Positions 1-14,104 of a DNA stretch of 64,000 nt are shown in pieces. The translations under genes were made by a program, and so were the position numbers. The notes under the pieces are model-generated. The model did no database searches, was not told the origin of the DNA, and worked only from the letters and a program-made list of their open reading frames with translations. The stretch is from NCBI GenBank assembly GCA_964016885.1, contig OZ024745.1, forward strand, positions 44,950,001-45,014,000, given 5' to 3'. This DNA is from Eledone cirrhosa. Its lineage: Eukaryota. Position 1 is the stretch's first letter; the number at the start of each line of letters is the position of its first letter.

Positions 1-950
1 AAAATTGCTCGTTCCAAGAGCCATTTGGGATCACATTGTCTGATCTGAATATTTGGAAACACTCTGGTAATCAGTCCTTGTTCTGTGTCAATGATATGGC
101 CAAATGACAACTGGTCATTGGAGTTCTTTTCAAGTAGCCCATTTCCCAATTTAAGTAGTTGGATGACAAACTCATTGACACCTTCATCACCAGTCAAGTG
201 CAATTGCATGTTGATTGTAAGTGGGGCCAGAGATTGGATGTTTTCAGACAAGCATTGACCTGATCAGCTTGGGTCCCATGGGGAATTGCAGGCTGAGTTT
301 TTCTGAAATCACCCGCAGGAACCATTGTCACTCTTCCCATTATGCAAGTATTTTCTTTCAGATCCCTTATTATCCAGTCCAAAGCTTCAATTGTTCGTTT
401 GGGTGAATTCTTGATGCTGCAAAAAGATTGTTCATGCCGTGTGAGGTCTATGGGCCGCTTAAAATGGAATAGTGCAGTCTTCCTCCATCCAGAAGTGTTG
501 CTGCAATGCCACCTGAAGCCACGGTAAGGGCAATATGTTGTTTTTGGCAAACTTTGCGAAGATCCGCCAGATAGATTGATTGCTGGAGATGTATTGACCT
601 GTCTGATATGGTTTGACTTCAACCAGCCCACTATTGAATTCCTTGTCAGTAACAAAGGTAGCCATGTCACTACTTTTGTTGATATATTTTGTGACATATA
701 ATATAGCTTTGACAGAGCTTCAATACTCGACATTGATATGGCTTTTAGAAGTTTACACATTTTTTTTTTGTGGGACCATCCATTATCTATGGTCAGTTCT
801 AAGTCAAATAACATTTGAAAAAAATATCACACAAATTTATCCGACAGTATGATTTTTCCAGGAATTATATTTGGGGTCGGGTCATGTCCTAATATTGCCA
901 AAATAATAATTTAGCTGGCAATTAATGTTTATCATTGATAGACCAACCAT
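1..950 (-). mobile_element. Degenerate Helitron Rep/PIF1-helicase fragment (internally deleted, frameshifted)
   Basis: Minus-strand translations give the Rep-region motif 'GQYISSNQSIWRIF' and the PIF1 helicase segment 'IEALDWIIRDLKENTCIMGRVTMVPAGDFRKTQPAIPHGTQADQVNACLKTSNLW', typical of Helitron RepHel. Boundaries are approximate and the element runs off the left edge. Confidence 0.8.
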
Positions 951-1879
951 TAAACTTATAAATATAATTTCTCAAAGTTCTTTCATCACACATATTTTTT
1001 TCTGTGACATCTTCAGCGATTTCCTCTCATTGTGTTTCTATAACGTTTTTTGTTTTTGGGTGCCAGCTAAATTATTTATAAAAATATATAGATATACTGA
1101 ACTGAAGTGAGAAGCAAACCAAACAGTGGGTGTGTTTTTTTATTATTTTGGACAACATGACCCAAATATAACAATATCTGTTTCAACACATGATTTCATA
1201 TCAAAACCCTTGCAAAACAAATACATAGATTTTCCCAGGGTTTGTTTGTAATATATATATATATATATTTATATATATCGTTAATTTTAGAGAGAGGAAA
1301 GGTTGAAGAACGTCCATACACATATGCATATATATACAAAGTGTTAAAACGATCAAATTTTAGTTTAGAACATTTATTAGCTGACAATTGTTTCTTCCAG
1401 AGGGAAGTCTGGAATCATCGGAGCATAAGGAATGTCGAAACGTGTAACTAGAATCCTAGTCATTTAGAACATTTAGGGTACATAGTTGTTATTAGTGTCA
1501 AAGGCATCATGTGGAGATTCAGGAGTTAAAAAGATGTTTCACTTGAAATAACACAATTACAGGCAGCACTGGTTGGAAGTGTAATAGGTATATATATATA
1601 TATATATATATGGATATATATACATATGTGTGTGTGTGTGTCACCATTCTTAGGTTTCCTCTCTCTAAAGTTAGCGATACATATATTACAAACAAACATA
1701 TATATATATGTACGGTAATACACACACACACACGTCTCTAATTTAAGAACGCTGACACACACACGTGCACACGCATGCATACACACAGTCCCATTACGAC
1801 TTTTATGAAAGAGAGAGAGAAAGAGTAATAACGTTAAGGAAGGGGAGAGTTAAAAAATAAAATACGCTGGTATCATTTT

Positions 1880-2070
1880 TTTTCTTCTGTTCTCTTACTC
1901 TCTCATTGCCTCTCTCTGTCTCTTTCCCTCTCTGTCATCCCCTCTCTCTCTCTCTCTCTTTCATCGCCCCTCTTTCTCTCATCCCTTACTCTCTCTCTCA
2001 TCTCCTTACTCTCTCTCTCATCTCCTTACTCACTCTCTTTCTCTCTCTCACCCGCTCTCTCTGTATCTCT
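1880..2070 (+). repeat. (CT)n-rich low-complexity tract acting as polypyrimidine tract of the candidate exon at 2080
   Basis: Visible CT-rich run ending in tacctacAG at 2079. Confidence 0.8.
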
Positions 2071-2080
2071 TACCTACAGA

Positions 2081-2153
2081 ATGGAGAACAAAACAACAAA
2101 ATGGATAAATTCATTAGATAAATTGAATTTAAATGCATTCCTTGGTTTACAAG
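2081..2153 (+). CDS. ATP8B: Candidate first coding exon of the ATP8B-like flippase (MENKTTKWINSLDKLNLNAFLGLQ + G)
   Basis: Preceded by a pyrimidine tract and cAG (2078-2079), ATG at 2081, open for 24 codons plus 1 nt, donor AAG|gtaaat at 2154. The phase-1 end fits the phase-1 start of the 9788 exon (G+AA = Glu). No homology support because the N-terminus is not conserved. Confidence 0.55.
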
Positions 2154-2999
2154 GTAAATGTTTTTGTACCATTACCAGTCCAAGTGTCTAGTGAATATGT
2201 ATATGTAATTTTGAGGGGTTTGGTCCAGTGGTTTGTTAGTTTTAGGTGGACACACAGATTTCACTCCATATTTTCAATGTTTATTGATGTAAACTACACA
2301 AATATAAGTAAAATAGTGTAATGTACTTGTCAAATCAAAAGCTATTTACAAAGGGACAGGGTATTCTGTAAAGTAGCTTGCATTAAGCAGGGCATCCAAC
2401 TGTAAAATCTGCCACAGAAATAATGACATAAACAACAGAGTTGGCTGATCTTTTGTTTGTGGTTATTTGTACCAGATAACAAAGAAACACTGTGGGTAGT
2501 TAGGTAATGGCAAGACAAAAGACCATGGTGTGTGGCAAAAAAACAAAGAGAATGTGGAAAAGTGGCAAGATGAAAGAGCAGAAAACAGAGAGACAAAAAT
2601 AAAGCGCTAGTCATTAACTGTTACTTTGTCCAACATTAATGAATCAATCCACATTAAATTATCTATCGATATCTATCAGTCATCACCATTACAGTTCATA
2701 GTTTCATCGATACTGGTAATTAATGTGGAAGTGTTGAGTGTCTGGGTACAACAAAGCAGCTACCTTTGAATAACTACATGCATCAATACTACATTTGCAT
2801 TTGTTTCTCTTACAATGTTAATGTACAAACAAATATATATATACATGCATGAAGTGTGTATGTGTGTAGTTATGTATTGTATGCTCAGATAAATTCTCAT
2901 TTGTGTATATTATTGTAAGTAATTTTAGAAGAAACACACTGATTGTGAAGATAAGGTGTTGGTATACTGAGATTTAATAATCACAAGTTCACATAGTAC

Positions 3000-3300
3000 T
3001 TCTTTAAACCCAGATCAAAATACATTTCTCTGCTGCTGGACTGACATAAAACAATTCCATTACTAATTCATAATGAACTTGATACCACCATCTTTAGCTG
3101 CACTAAACTCACCTGCGATGTCAGTTTTGATGAGACAAATTGGCAACAGGGGAAACTCCCTGTGAGGTTCGGTGGCCTCAGCCTCTGTTCAACATTTGAG
3201 CTGGCATTGATGGCTTAACTTTCATTTATTATTTCAAGTCACACCCTCATGCATGAGATTCTTTTCAAAACATCAGAACCTAATGTGTACTAGGAACTCA
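3000..3300 (+). mobile_element. Decayed CRE-like non-LTR retrotransposon fragment
   Basis: 3126-3224 reads FDETNWQQGKLPVRFGGLSLCSTFELALMA*LS, resembling the W-x-Q-x-x-LPVRxGGLG motif downstream of RT in early-branching non-LTR elements. Confidence 0.5.
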
Positions 3301-5065
3301 GGTCAGCTATGGCTGTCTGGGTTGATGAAGGCTTCACTGTCCTTCACTATGTAGGATACCAAAGGACACCAGACTGCCATTTTCTTCTGCAAAAGGAAGG
3401 AACCATGTGAATGGCTGTGACAGCGCTCTCACCAACTTGTCCACAAAGTACAGCTGAGATATACCCCTGAGCCAAAGATGTAAAATTTACTCATTCCCCA
3501 CCCCCATTTTTCTCTTTTACCTCTCTTTCTGTTTAGTATTTAATCTTTTTAAAACTTTCATTATAGTATAATTATATTCAATAATAAATTTATATAGCCA
3601 TTAATGGTTCAGGGTTTATCAAGTGTAAAACAATTGTTTCAACAAATGTTATCCCACCTACTCATCATCATCATTATTTAAAGTCCATTTTCTCTACTAA
3701 CAAGGGTTGGAAGGGTTGTCACTACGGACTTCTTAGATGTGCTTACATATGTTCCTGCACTCTACAGAGTATATTGTATACATTTTATCTAGACACCAAG
3801 TTTTCATGTCTTTAACACAACTGTAAAGATTAATATTAGGTGTCTGAATTTTTTTCCACCTCCCTGCTACATTCAGTTAGCTCTTTAGCCAGTTCATGGA
3901 CTTTATTTCATGCCCTGTCTTAATTTCTCTTGTAGATATAGTACAACTTATTCCTGATTCTCTGTCATGCTGTCAGACATTGCACTGAATCGTTTGTTGA
4001 ACCATTATTTGAACCAATTTTATATACATTTGCAGTATATGATTCTATATGATGTTTATCCTTTTGTGCCTGAAAGAATACATAAAATGGGGAAATTCAG
4101 AGCAGTAATGGTGTTAATCCCCAACTTTCAATGAATTAACTCTAATTCTTGTAAAGGAGGTATTGAATTCTTGTAAAGGAGGTATTAATTTCATGTAGAA
4201 AATCAGCTTACTGTATAGTAGAAACTCATCAATGAATTTCGAATTTACTTCTTAATTTTATTTTAAATGCAAATATTTATTATATGATCATTACTGATTG
4301 AGCATCATCATCATTGCCATAACCATCATTTAACATCCATTCTCCATGCTAGCAAGGGTTAGACAGGTAATTCCTGCACTCTATTTCTCTCTATAGAGTA
4401 ACCAGAGTGAATGTTGGTGGCACCATCACTTAGAGAGGTTGTCATGTCTTTGACACAACTGAAGATTCTTCTCAACCATTTGTTTAGCAAGTTTTCTAAT
4501 ACTAGATGCCATTCCTACCAACTTCGACAATTTAGTCAAATTGCATTACTATTGCTTTGTCTTTCTGTTTCATGAGAGCATTTAAAAGCTGTGGGTGATG
4601 CCCTATCTTCTTGATTACAACATGAAATGAAAAAGGCTTAATAGATAAGCTAAGGTTTCCTAAAAAATACTCCCCTATCTTACTTATTCCTCAACACTTA
4701 AATGCTTAGAATTCAATATATGAAAGTATGTTTAAATTATAACCTTTTTGTGCAATAAAACTCTCCAGGCAAGGCCAGATTTAAGTGGGGGGGGGGGGGG
4801 GGGGCTCCATCAGTGACAGCTGTAGCAATTTATTTGTGCCCTCTACTAGGCTTTTTAGTATTATCCTATTGACAATGAGAACTATATTTTTAACAAGTAT
4901 TTAATGTTCTAACTGTGGTAAAATTCATCAAATTTTTTCAACTTTAAAGACATCAGGTTGTTATCACAACAATATTTTAATAAAAAGTTTGTGATGTTGC
5001 TGTGTAAAGTATTTGTGCTGGTATTGCAAAAACAATGTGTCACACAGTAATACAGAGTACTCAAC

Positions 5066-5386
5066 CTCCCATGGGTACAAGCTGAAGCATATAGACAATA
5101 TGCCCCCACACCCTCCCACTGCAAGGTGGTCGTGGAGGTGCCACGGCAAAAAAGCACCCAGCCCACACTGTAAAGTGGACATGTAGGCGCCACGGAAAAA
5201 GCACCCAGCACTCACTGTAAATGAGGTTAGTGTTTGGAAGGGCATCCAGCTGTAGAAATCAAGCCAAAATCAGTTCCTGTACGAGCAAGGCATGGTCAGC
5301 CGGCCAGACACTGCCCACAACAGGACAACCCGTCTAACCCATGTTAGCATGGAAGAACGGACGTAAAGCGATGATGATGATGATGA
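5066..5386 (+). mobile_element. RTE-LINE 3' UTR fragment ending in (GAT)n tail
   Basis: Closely similar to the reverse complement of 24979-25300, which is attached to an RTE ORF C-terminus. Contains ggaagggcatccagctgtagaaa and ends ggacgtaaagcgatgatgatg. Confidence 0.8.
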
Positions 5387-7740
5387 ATGCATCCAGTAAA
5401 CACGCTAAAGTGATTATGCTAGGAAGGACATCCAGCCATAGAAACCATGCCAAATATGTAATGTATGAGCAAGATAAGGTCGCTCCGATATGTCTGGTTT
5501 CAAACTGCAGCAACCTGTTCAATACATGCCAGTGTGGAAAGTGGGTGTAAAATGAGGATGGTTAGATTTTTTTGAATTTAATGCCTGTATGTATAACTTT
5601 TCAATCCAATTACTTGCACTAGCCGACTTTGATTTGTAAAAGTGGGGGTTTGGTGTGTATTCTAATTTTTTCTGTATGAGAAGCCTCACAAACCTGAAGT
5701 TTCCTAGGTTCCCCAAACTTGAAGTATGCCCCCCCCCCCTCCCTCCATCTAAATCCAGCCCTGACTTCAGGGGTCTCAAACTCAAGAACTCAAAATTGCC
5801 GTTACGTCTTTGGAGACGAGGTAGAGTGAGCCAAATGCGAGATGAGGGTAGGGGCGTGATTTCCACCAGTTATAAATCTAATCTGCAATACAGCTGATAG
5901 GCTGCTATTTATTAATTTTTAATGTGGACATTATGCTGGCAGTTGAAGCTGAATAATGCTGCTGTTGCAAGAGCATGGATGAGGTGGGGGAAAAATTACC
6001 AAGTTTTAGGAAAATATTAGTCATGAAAGTTGTTCTACCATATGCTATAGAAAAGTAGTTTGTCAGTGGACAGCATCTTTAAGACCCCTGGCATGGGTAT
6101 TGAACTGACTGCAGTTTCAAACTGGTTTTACTCACAGTTCCGATATTATGAACATGTCAAAATATCTAGAGAGAGAATTGCTGGACAGATTTTATAGGCA
6201 AAAACAATCAGCAGGAGACCAAGGGGTAGCTCAGGTAGTATCACTTTGGGATCCAGCTGGATCAATTGGTGACAGTTGCTTTTGACAGGACCCTGCTGGA
6301 AGGCATGCTTGAGGACTCTGTCCCCATGACTCTCCCAGGAATAACTGGGCAAAGAAGTTGATGCCATCTTAATGCAAATAGACAATAAATTGAAGAGCAG
6401 CTTGGTGCAACCCCCCCCCCCCCCCCCCATCTCACTTTGGGCCCATTCAGCTTTTCCCTTAGGACATAATGGTGGGCCTCTAATCTGTCTAGGAGGTCAG
6501 TAACTCTAAGAACTGACTTGGGACTTGGGTTGTGATGACCCATCCAACTAATGCCAATATATAAAGTGAATGTAAAATGACTATTATTATTTAATGTACT
6601 GGGTAATTGCTGGCCTTGTGCCTAAAATAGAAACAATTATTATTATGACAATGATCTGTGACATATCTTTCAGTGTGTTATCACGACCAGGTATCTCTTG
6701 GCAGGCATCTAACTGTAAATTGATGCTATCAAATTTGTTTTCCGCTTATCTCTGACATCATCTCAGTTTCATTTGTTTCCTGTATAACCTGCTTAAAAAA
6801 TGTCTTTAAAATGTCTGTTTAAAAATAGATGTGTACTTTATCCTTCCATAATATTGTGGCTAACTTTATTTCTCCATTACTGACAATATTTGAATGCTGA
6901 TTAGTTAGAAATAGCTACAAATATACAATGAATCAAAACAAATGCAAAGATCATGTTTCATTAGCTAGAGTTTTTGTTTGGGTTTAAACTGTTTATGTAA
7001 AATAATAGCCTTAGATATGTGGAAGTGCAGCATGAAGTTGGGGGAGGAGGACAGTATCCAGATAAAGTGTTGGATTGACAAATGGTATTGAAAAATTGTT
7101 TTGTTTAATGTAGAATAGAAGTGGTGGAGGTGATGTCAAATAAAAACACAGTAGCAATTATCTGAATTAACATCTGTTGACAGCTTTTTATTGAATATTT
7201 ATGGCAGGTATATATCATCTGGCATTTACCTTTCTGCCTGACATATTGCTGTATGACAGGTGAGGATGGTGATATTATATGAAAATATAATTATGGTTGT
7301 TACATTGTACTTGTCTCCTATTTGTGTTTATATTATAACTGAAAAAAAAAAAAAATTACTATATGTATTCATGTATATGTCTGCATCCTTTTCTATGAAA
7401 ATACAATGTGTAAAACTAGCAGCCCGACTTATCTACTGGACATACAAAACCCAATTTAGAGAATATAGTACATTGTAAATGTATATAAAATAGTGTGACT
7501 TATCTACTGTTGCAACTTATATGTATAGTATAATTTTTTGTACTGTATACAAGTGTATTTTGATATATTTGATTAGTGTATACAACTTGACAGGTGTGGT
7601 TATATGTTAGAGGTGGAAGATTTTATATTAGCCTGAAAATATATTTACTGGGAAGAAAAATACATCAACTGAAACAGTAACAACAAAATAAATATTTCAT
7701 ATCATTCAACTTCTATTTTTTATTTATAGTATACACACAT

Positions 7741-7928
7741 TAATAATATGCAGGATGTTTATGAAAAACATTTGGAAGGACTTTCGCTATGAATTTTAAG
7801 GTTGTGATGATTGTCACATATCTAGATTTACCCTGTTTTGCTGAAGCTGGGTATTTGATGATCGATACCTTAAAATTCATAGCGAAAGGCCTTCCAAATG
7901 TTTTTCATAAACAACCTGTATATTATTA
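7741..7928. repeat. Inverted repeat / MITE-like hairpin (about 62-bp arms, about 64-bp spacer)
   Basis: taataatatgcaggatgtttatgaaaaacatttggaaggactttcgctatgaattttaaggt is nearly the reverse complement of accttaaaattcatagcgaaaggccttccaaatgtttttcataaacaacctgtatattatta. Confidence 0.85.
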
Positions 7929-8289
7929 AATATACAATATGTACATTCATATTTATATCGCTATGCCGGAGCACCAATACAAACATTAATATTTTTGTTC
8001 TTTGAAATTGAAAACTTGTCATAAAACCACAGTTGGTTTAAAACTAGATATTAACCTTTCTGTCAATGATTTTCTAATGAGAAACACTAATTTTGAAAAT
8101 AATCAAGAATTCAGAAAGATTTAGTAATGTAACCTACTTTCTCGTTGTTATGTTGGTATTTGAATAAAAAAAAGGTTCTTACATAAAATTATATATGTCA
8201 AGTCACCAGTCTAATGTTTAGTTGAACTTCCTTATTGATAACCTTTTCAATAATATACGGTTACATAGAAAATGGTAGTGCAGTACTAA

Positions 8290-8965
8290 AAGTGATTTAA
8301 AACTGGAAACAGAAGCCTTAATCTATGCTACTCAGATACAGAGTAGACCATACAGCAGAAAGTGATAAGTGCAGAATTAGTGGTGTGAATGGAGAAACTG
8401 TATGGCATATTTCCAGTCGATGTACACCACTAGCTCAGAAAGAATATAAGAGGTGTCACAGCAACATAGCAAGGATAGACCATTGAGTACTTTGTGGAAA
8501 GTACTTGATAGAGCAGAAATGTGGTATGAACTTAAACTCAACGGCATTATTGAAAATGATAATGCAAAAATCATGTAATACAGTGTGATTATATGATAAT
8601 TGAGAAAGATAGCAAACAGTGTTGGATCATATATAGATATCATGTCCAGCTGACAACAAGGTATGTGATAAAGAAAGGAAAAAAGTTGATAGATACGACA
8701 AGTTAGCTTGGGACGTTAAGCAGTTGTGGTCACTGAAAAAGTGGTGCCTTAGGAACAGTAAGCAAAGGTTGTGAGAAGCACATTAAACAAATAGGGGTTG
8801 CAATATAGGTAGAGCACTTGCAGAAAATAGCACTGCTTGGAACAGCTTGAATACTCTGGGGGGTGTCCCCTCAGTTCACTGGCAATGAACAGCTAATGAC
8901 ATAATACATCAACCAGCATTAGAAGCTGAGTGAAGAAAACAAAATAATAATAATAATAATAATAA
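8290..8965 (+). mobile_element. Degenerate R4/Dong-type LINE 3' end (restriction-like endonuclease region) ending at (AAT)n
   Basis: Broken frames give 'SNIARIDH*VLCGK', 'MWYELKLNGIIENDNAKIM' and 'EHLQKIALLGTA', typical of the R4/Dong C-terminus. It ends in an aataataat tract. Confidence 0.7.
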
Positions 8966-9787
8966 TTCCTTCTAACATTGGCATAAGGCCAGCAATTTAG
9001 GGTAAGTGGAAAGTCGATTATATCAACCTCATTACTTAACTGCTTAACCAGTACTTTATCTTATCAACTATGGAAGGATGAAAGACAAAGTTGACTTTGG
9101 CAGGATTTGAACTCAGAATGTAAAGAACAAAACAAATGCACTTTACTTTCTGAATCAAATCTCACCAAGGTCAACATTGCCTTAATTCCTTATTAAATTT
9201 GGCAAAATTAGAGTTAATGATGGTGTATGAGGTGTGGTTTCATGTTTTTCTTTAGAACCTAATGAATGTAAAGGGAACAGATCCATTTAGGAATTGCAAC
9301 TGGCCTCTGGACTCTGTGATATAGTAGATATTTATTTAATCTATCAATGGTAATTATTTAAAACACCTCTATGGAGTATTTGTGCATGCTCGGGAGGTCA
9401 GCATATTAAAATGTAAATTAGAAATGAAATTTTTTAAATATGTAGTTCTTAAAACACAAATAATACCTCATACATACATGCTATATTCAGACAGTGCATA
9501 TACTGACACATTTTATACACATATACACACACTACTCATTTCTTTACATAGATTTGACATAAGGAATGAATGCATATGTTTCTTTTTGTCTTTGGCATCC
9601 ATATATTTTGTTGAAATAATCCATTAACTACTCTATGTAGTTTTGATTGGTTTTTATATGTTGTTTATGTGTTTATATATGTTATTTATGTATGTGTTTT
9701 TATATATTGTTTATATATTTTGATCTTTTATATCACTGTTGGGGCTAAATTAGACATGATTTAATTATTATAATTTTTTTTTTACAG

Positions 9788-9846
9788 AACTTGAACGTCG
9801 AATTAAAGTCAACAATGCTGAATATAACCTCCAGTTTGGATATGCT
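9788..9846 (+). CDS. ATP8B: ATP8B-like flippase exon: (E)LERRIKVNNAEYNLQFGYA
   Basis: Poly-T tract and acAG acceptor at 9787, gtaagt donor at 9847, 59 nt, phase 1 to 0. The peptide matches the ATP8B N-terminal 'ERRxxANDREYNxxFxYA' pattern. Confidence 0.92.
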
Positions 9847-10609
9847 GTAAGTATTCATCATCATCATTTTACACTTTTCTAGGCTCACATGTGTTGGAGG
9901 GGTCCAGCACAACCTCCCTCTTCTTGCAGCATTCCTTTATTCTCTCCTTTGTGAGGTTCAGTGTTTTGAGATCAGATCTAACCACTTCGGCCCAGGTTTT
10001 TCACCAGGTTTTTCAAAAATAAACTTGTGAAGTTGAAAGTAGTCATTGGTTGAATCTTACCTGAAGCACTATTTCTAGTCCTTCAACACATTCATAATAC
10101 TACCAGACTGACATAAGACATATGCACAGTAAAATATAGGCACTAATAATTCCCATCTTAACTCAAGCACTCTTTAGTTGATATCTAGGGAAAGAAAACA
10201 ATCATTCAGTTTATTCAACTTCACTGAATCACTTTCACATTACGTAACTTTACAGATTGGTAGCAAGACAAGATCTCAGACTTAAGCCTCAACATAAGCC
10301 CTGCTGGAAAAGAACCAAATATATATACATGAACAACATACACAGATATAAAAACAGCTTGCTAAAGGAAAGTGACCAGTTGGTGGACAAAAATAATGAT
10401 TAAAAACAAAAAACACTACAAGGATTGCCACTGAAGGTATTCCATGAGCATCAACATATATTTCTGGGAACAGCTCTCTTAGAACAGGGCCTTATGGCAC
10501 ATCCTCATTCATAAACAGTAGACAGAATAATTGTCCTCACAGATAGCATGCATTCAGGTGGTAGAAACCAAACATGAGGTCTGCAAAGCCTGCTCAGTTT
10601 GTATTTTAA

Positions 10610-10829
10610 CCCTTTAGCATTCACATTACTCTATATATACTATTATATTTTCATGGTAAAGGCTTTACCTCACATAATTATCTCACATAATACCGAATCT
10701 ATGAGATTTTGAAAGTATTTATTTCGAGAACAATACCTTAACATCAGTTTGAGTGACCAGTTACAGCCAGTTTCAACAGAAAAAGGTAGAGAATTCTGGC
10801 TGGTTTTGGCTAGTTTGAACACTAAAGGG
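10610..10829. mobile_element. piggyBac-type MITE (about 220 bp) with TTAA target duplication
   Basis: ttaa|ccctttagc...actaaaggg|ttaa. Related copies at 23202-23400 (truncated) and 62672-62892. Confidence 0.85.
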
Positions 10830-11832
10830 TTAAATAAATCCACAGAACAAACAAACTCACTAACCAATCAAGTAAACAAAATCATAGTCCCTACTAATTG
10901 ATGGACATTTTTCATGTAAGTAAAAAAAAAAAAATGAAATAAAAAGTGTGCAGATCGCTACAATATGTTCAGATTGTTTCACTAAACATACTTAGACTGC
11001 TACACTGCATCCCACACTTCCAGATACTGTAAACATAGAAAGTAAGCCATGGTTTCAAACAGAACGATGGCATATCAGATTTAACTTACATGTGAACCAC
11101 CCCTTTTAGTGTTATTGCATTGTAGGTTCAGTTAGTGATAGATTTGTTAGTATACCAGATGAAGTATTTTACAGTATTTAGTTATGGCCCTCGACATTCT
11201 GAGTTCAAATCTTTCTGAGGTCAGCTTTACCTTTCATCCTTTTGGGGTTGATGAAATGAAGTACCAATCAAGTACTAGGGTTGATATTTATAGGGAGTAC
11301 TAAGTGTATTTTTTATGGCACTAGCACTACCACTTTACAAAGTGTGCTAGGTCTATTTTATCATTACACCAACACTGGAGGGGGTTATTAAGTGTTTGTC
11401 CAGATAGAGGAGACCTCTCAAACTCTGTTGTTTCCATTGCCACCACTATAGCCTCTGATTACCATGTTGACTTCTATTTTTATTGTTGAAGTGTTAAATT
11501 GAACTGAATAGCTGATACCTTGTTGGAAATTTTGGAAAAGCTTCATGTAGACTTAAATCTTTGTAGGATCAATTACTGTAGTATCCTGAAGAATGATGGA
11601 AAATACGACTTTGTTTCGTCAGCTAAAAGTTCAATTAACCACCCAAAGCTATAGATCTGTTTAATAATGATCATTGATGCTCTTCTACAAAAACTAAAAA
11701 GCACCCCTTAATTGATTTTTTAAATGTATTTGATCATTTTTATGTTTAATAAATTTAATTTCAGCTTTTTTCTTTCAAAGAATTTCCCATTGTTACTACC
11801 TAGTGAATCAAAATTATTTATCTTAATTTCAG

Positions 11833-11946
11833 ACTAACTATATCACTACATCTAAATACAATGTTTTTACATTTCTCCCAAAGAATTTATTTGAGCAGTT
11901 CCGGCGACTTGCCAATTCTTATTTTCTAATTCTCCTTATCCTACAG
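11833..11946 (+). CDS. ATP8B: ATP8B-like flippase exon: [38 protein letters not shown] (N-terminal P4 motif + TM1)
   Basis: tttcAG acceptor, CAG|gtatgt donor, 114 nt, phase 0-0. Carries the hallmark P4-ATPase motif N-x-I-x-TSKY-x4-FLP-x-NLFEQF-x-R-x-AN-x-YFL. Confidence 0.97.
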
Positions 11947-12437
11947 GTATGTAAACAAATACTATATTTTCATCTTTATGGAATGAGCTGAATGTAATTT
12001 GCTCTCCCTCTGTTGTATGTATTTGTCTATCTGTGACTTTATCTTAAAAATATTGATCTGTGTCTGCAAGAGGGATTACTGTTTTATTATCAATGAATGT
12101 TAAACATGAATGGTGTGTGCTAGTTATAAAAGTATTACAATCTGGTGTCTCATGGTAGCAATAATAATAATTCAAGAAAGACTTGGAAAGTAGTACGTAA
12201 CATTTGAGAGTGGAATCCTGTGTAAGTAGTTGCTAAGGATTGACTAACATAAGAATTCCATACTGTGATGTACCAGACAAGTTAATATGGTGAAATTGAT
12301 ATGAACCAATTAAGGATAATAACCTAAAAAACTAGTAAAGCTTGCAGTTGTTACAGCTGCCGCTAAAGAATTTGCTGTTTCAGGTCTTTTAAATTTACTG
12401 TGCACCTACAAAATAGTAATGTTAAACATTTAGAATA

Positions 12438-12625
12438 CAGGTAAAATTCTGTTATAACGAATACCTTATAACAAATTTTTCAGTATAACAAAATTTCTTT
12501 CAATCCCTGAGGTAATAACAAACAAACACTCAATTTGTTTTGGTCGATCTTGTTATAAAGAATTTTTTGTTACAAAAAATTTTTTTTTTATACCTCATGA
12601 ATTTCGTTATAATGGAATTTCACTG
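12438..12625. mobile_element. pogo/Tigger-like MITE with TA target duplication
   Basis: ta|caggtaaaattctgttataacgaa ... ttcgttataatggaatttcactg|ta imperfect terminal inverted repeats. Confidence 0.7.
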
Positions 12626-14104
12626 TATACAAGTTGTCCTGTGGCTTGACTGGTCTGGCGGCCATGCCTTACTCACATGTTCTGTTTTTTCATAATGCCA
12701 ACCATTTTACAGCATGTATTAGGAGAATTTTATCCTGACACCAGCACTACCACCTTTCAAGGTGGATTAGGTGTTTTTTTTTATGGCCCCAACACTACCA
12801 CTTAACAGAGTGGGTTAATTGTGTATTATTGTGGCACCAAACATGACCACTTTACATTATGTAGGAGATAAAGAAAAAAAGACCTTGATAGATTTTTTTT
12901 TTATTTTTCATTAGTGTTCGAAAACAATCGAGCCTGTTGATTAGTTGTTCTTCTCCAGTCAATTATATTAGTTACTAAAATAAATATTCAACCTTTAGTG
13001 TTTTGTACTTCATAATTTATTTATAATGTTTAGCTTGGCATGTTTACATTGTAATTGTGACATAAATGGCTGTGCTAGTGTCAGGTTATACCATCATGCA
13101 CTAATACTATTGGTTCACTAAAAATATATGTAAGGAACTTCAAATATTTATTTCTGATTTTAATTTATTAAATGATCTCCAAGACTTAGTACTGATGATC
13201 TAAAGATGGAGAAAACAAATAGTAAGCTGTTGACTTGTTTAATTCATGCCAACTTAGTAAAATCAATGTTGAGTATGATAGTGATGATGTTTACTATTGT
13301 TAGTAATAGTATGATGATGATATATTATTGTTTGTAATGATGATGATAATATACTATTTTTAGATATGACAATACTGTTAAGGATTTAGTTGGGAAGATA
13401 AGGAGCAGTGCCCATTACTTATTTCAGGGCCTCTGAAACTGGTGGGATTAATGAGACAGATGTTCAGTTTGAACATCTGTAGTTTGATGACTGCAGCAAA
13501 AGTGTGAACGAGAAGGGAATTTCAAATAGTTGAGGTTCCGAAGAGGAAGGATTGGACATAGTGAGTAATATAAAGTATAGAGGTGAGACACACATTAACT
13601 TGTGTAGAAGCATTAAGCAACTAGTTAATTCAAAGGAGCCGATGTCATCATGGCTACTTTTACTTAAGATTGTAGAGACTAGAACTGAGTATTATACCAG
13701 AGTAAGAGTTTAGGCTACATAAACAAATCTAGAAGCACACCAGAGCTGATAGTATGTCAGAGAGAAAGAGATAAACTTATCAGTGAATGTTGCAATGGTA
13801 TAATTTGACAGGAAACTTCCAATCCAAAAATGAGAAACCAATTCATTGAATAAATGGGTGGCCTAAATAGTTTGAAGATTGTGATTTATAGTAGAAATGA
13901 CATTCAATCTTTATTTGAATGTCCTACTTCGATTTATTTTTTTGGAAAATAAGAACACCAGTCTTATTTGATGGTAGAGCACAAAATGTTAGAGAATATC
14001 TTTAAAGAAAGAAATCTTTTGTTTTAGTTTTTGGCATATTAAAAAATCTATCTTCAAGTTAGTGTCATTATAGGTGGACAGTTATTTGAGGTTGGTTTTG
14101 GAAT

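Noticed and set aside
1196-2121. Short ORFs rich in YIYI, CVCV and LSLS (also at 15358, 19048, 22106, 58999)
   Set aside because: They are translations of microsatellites.
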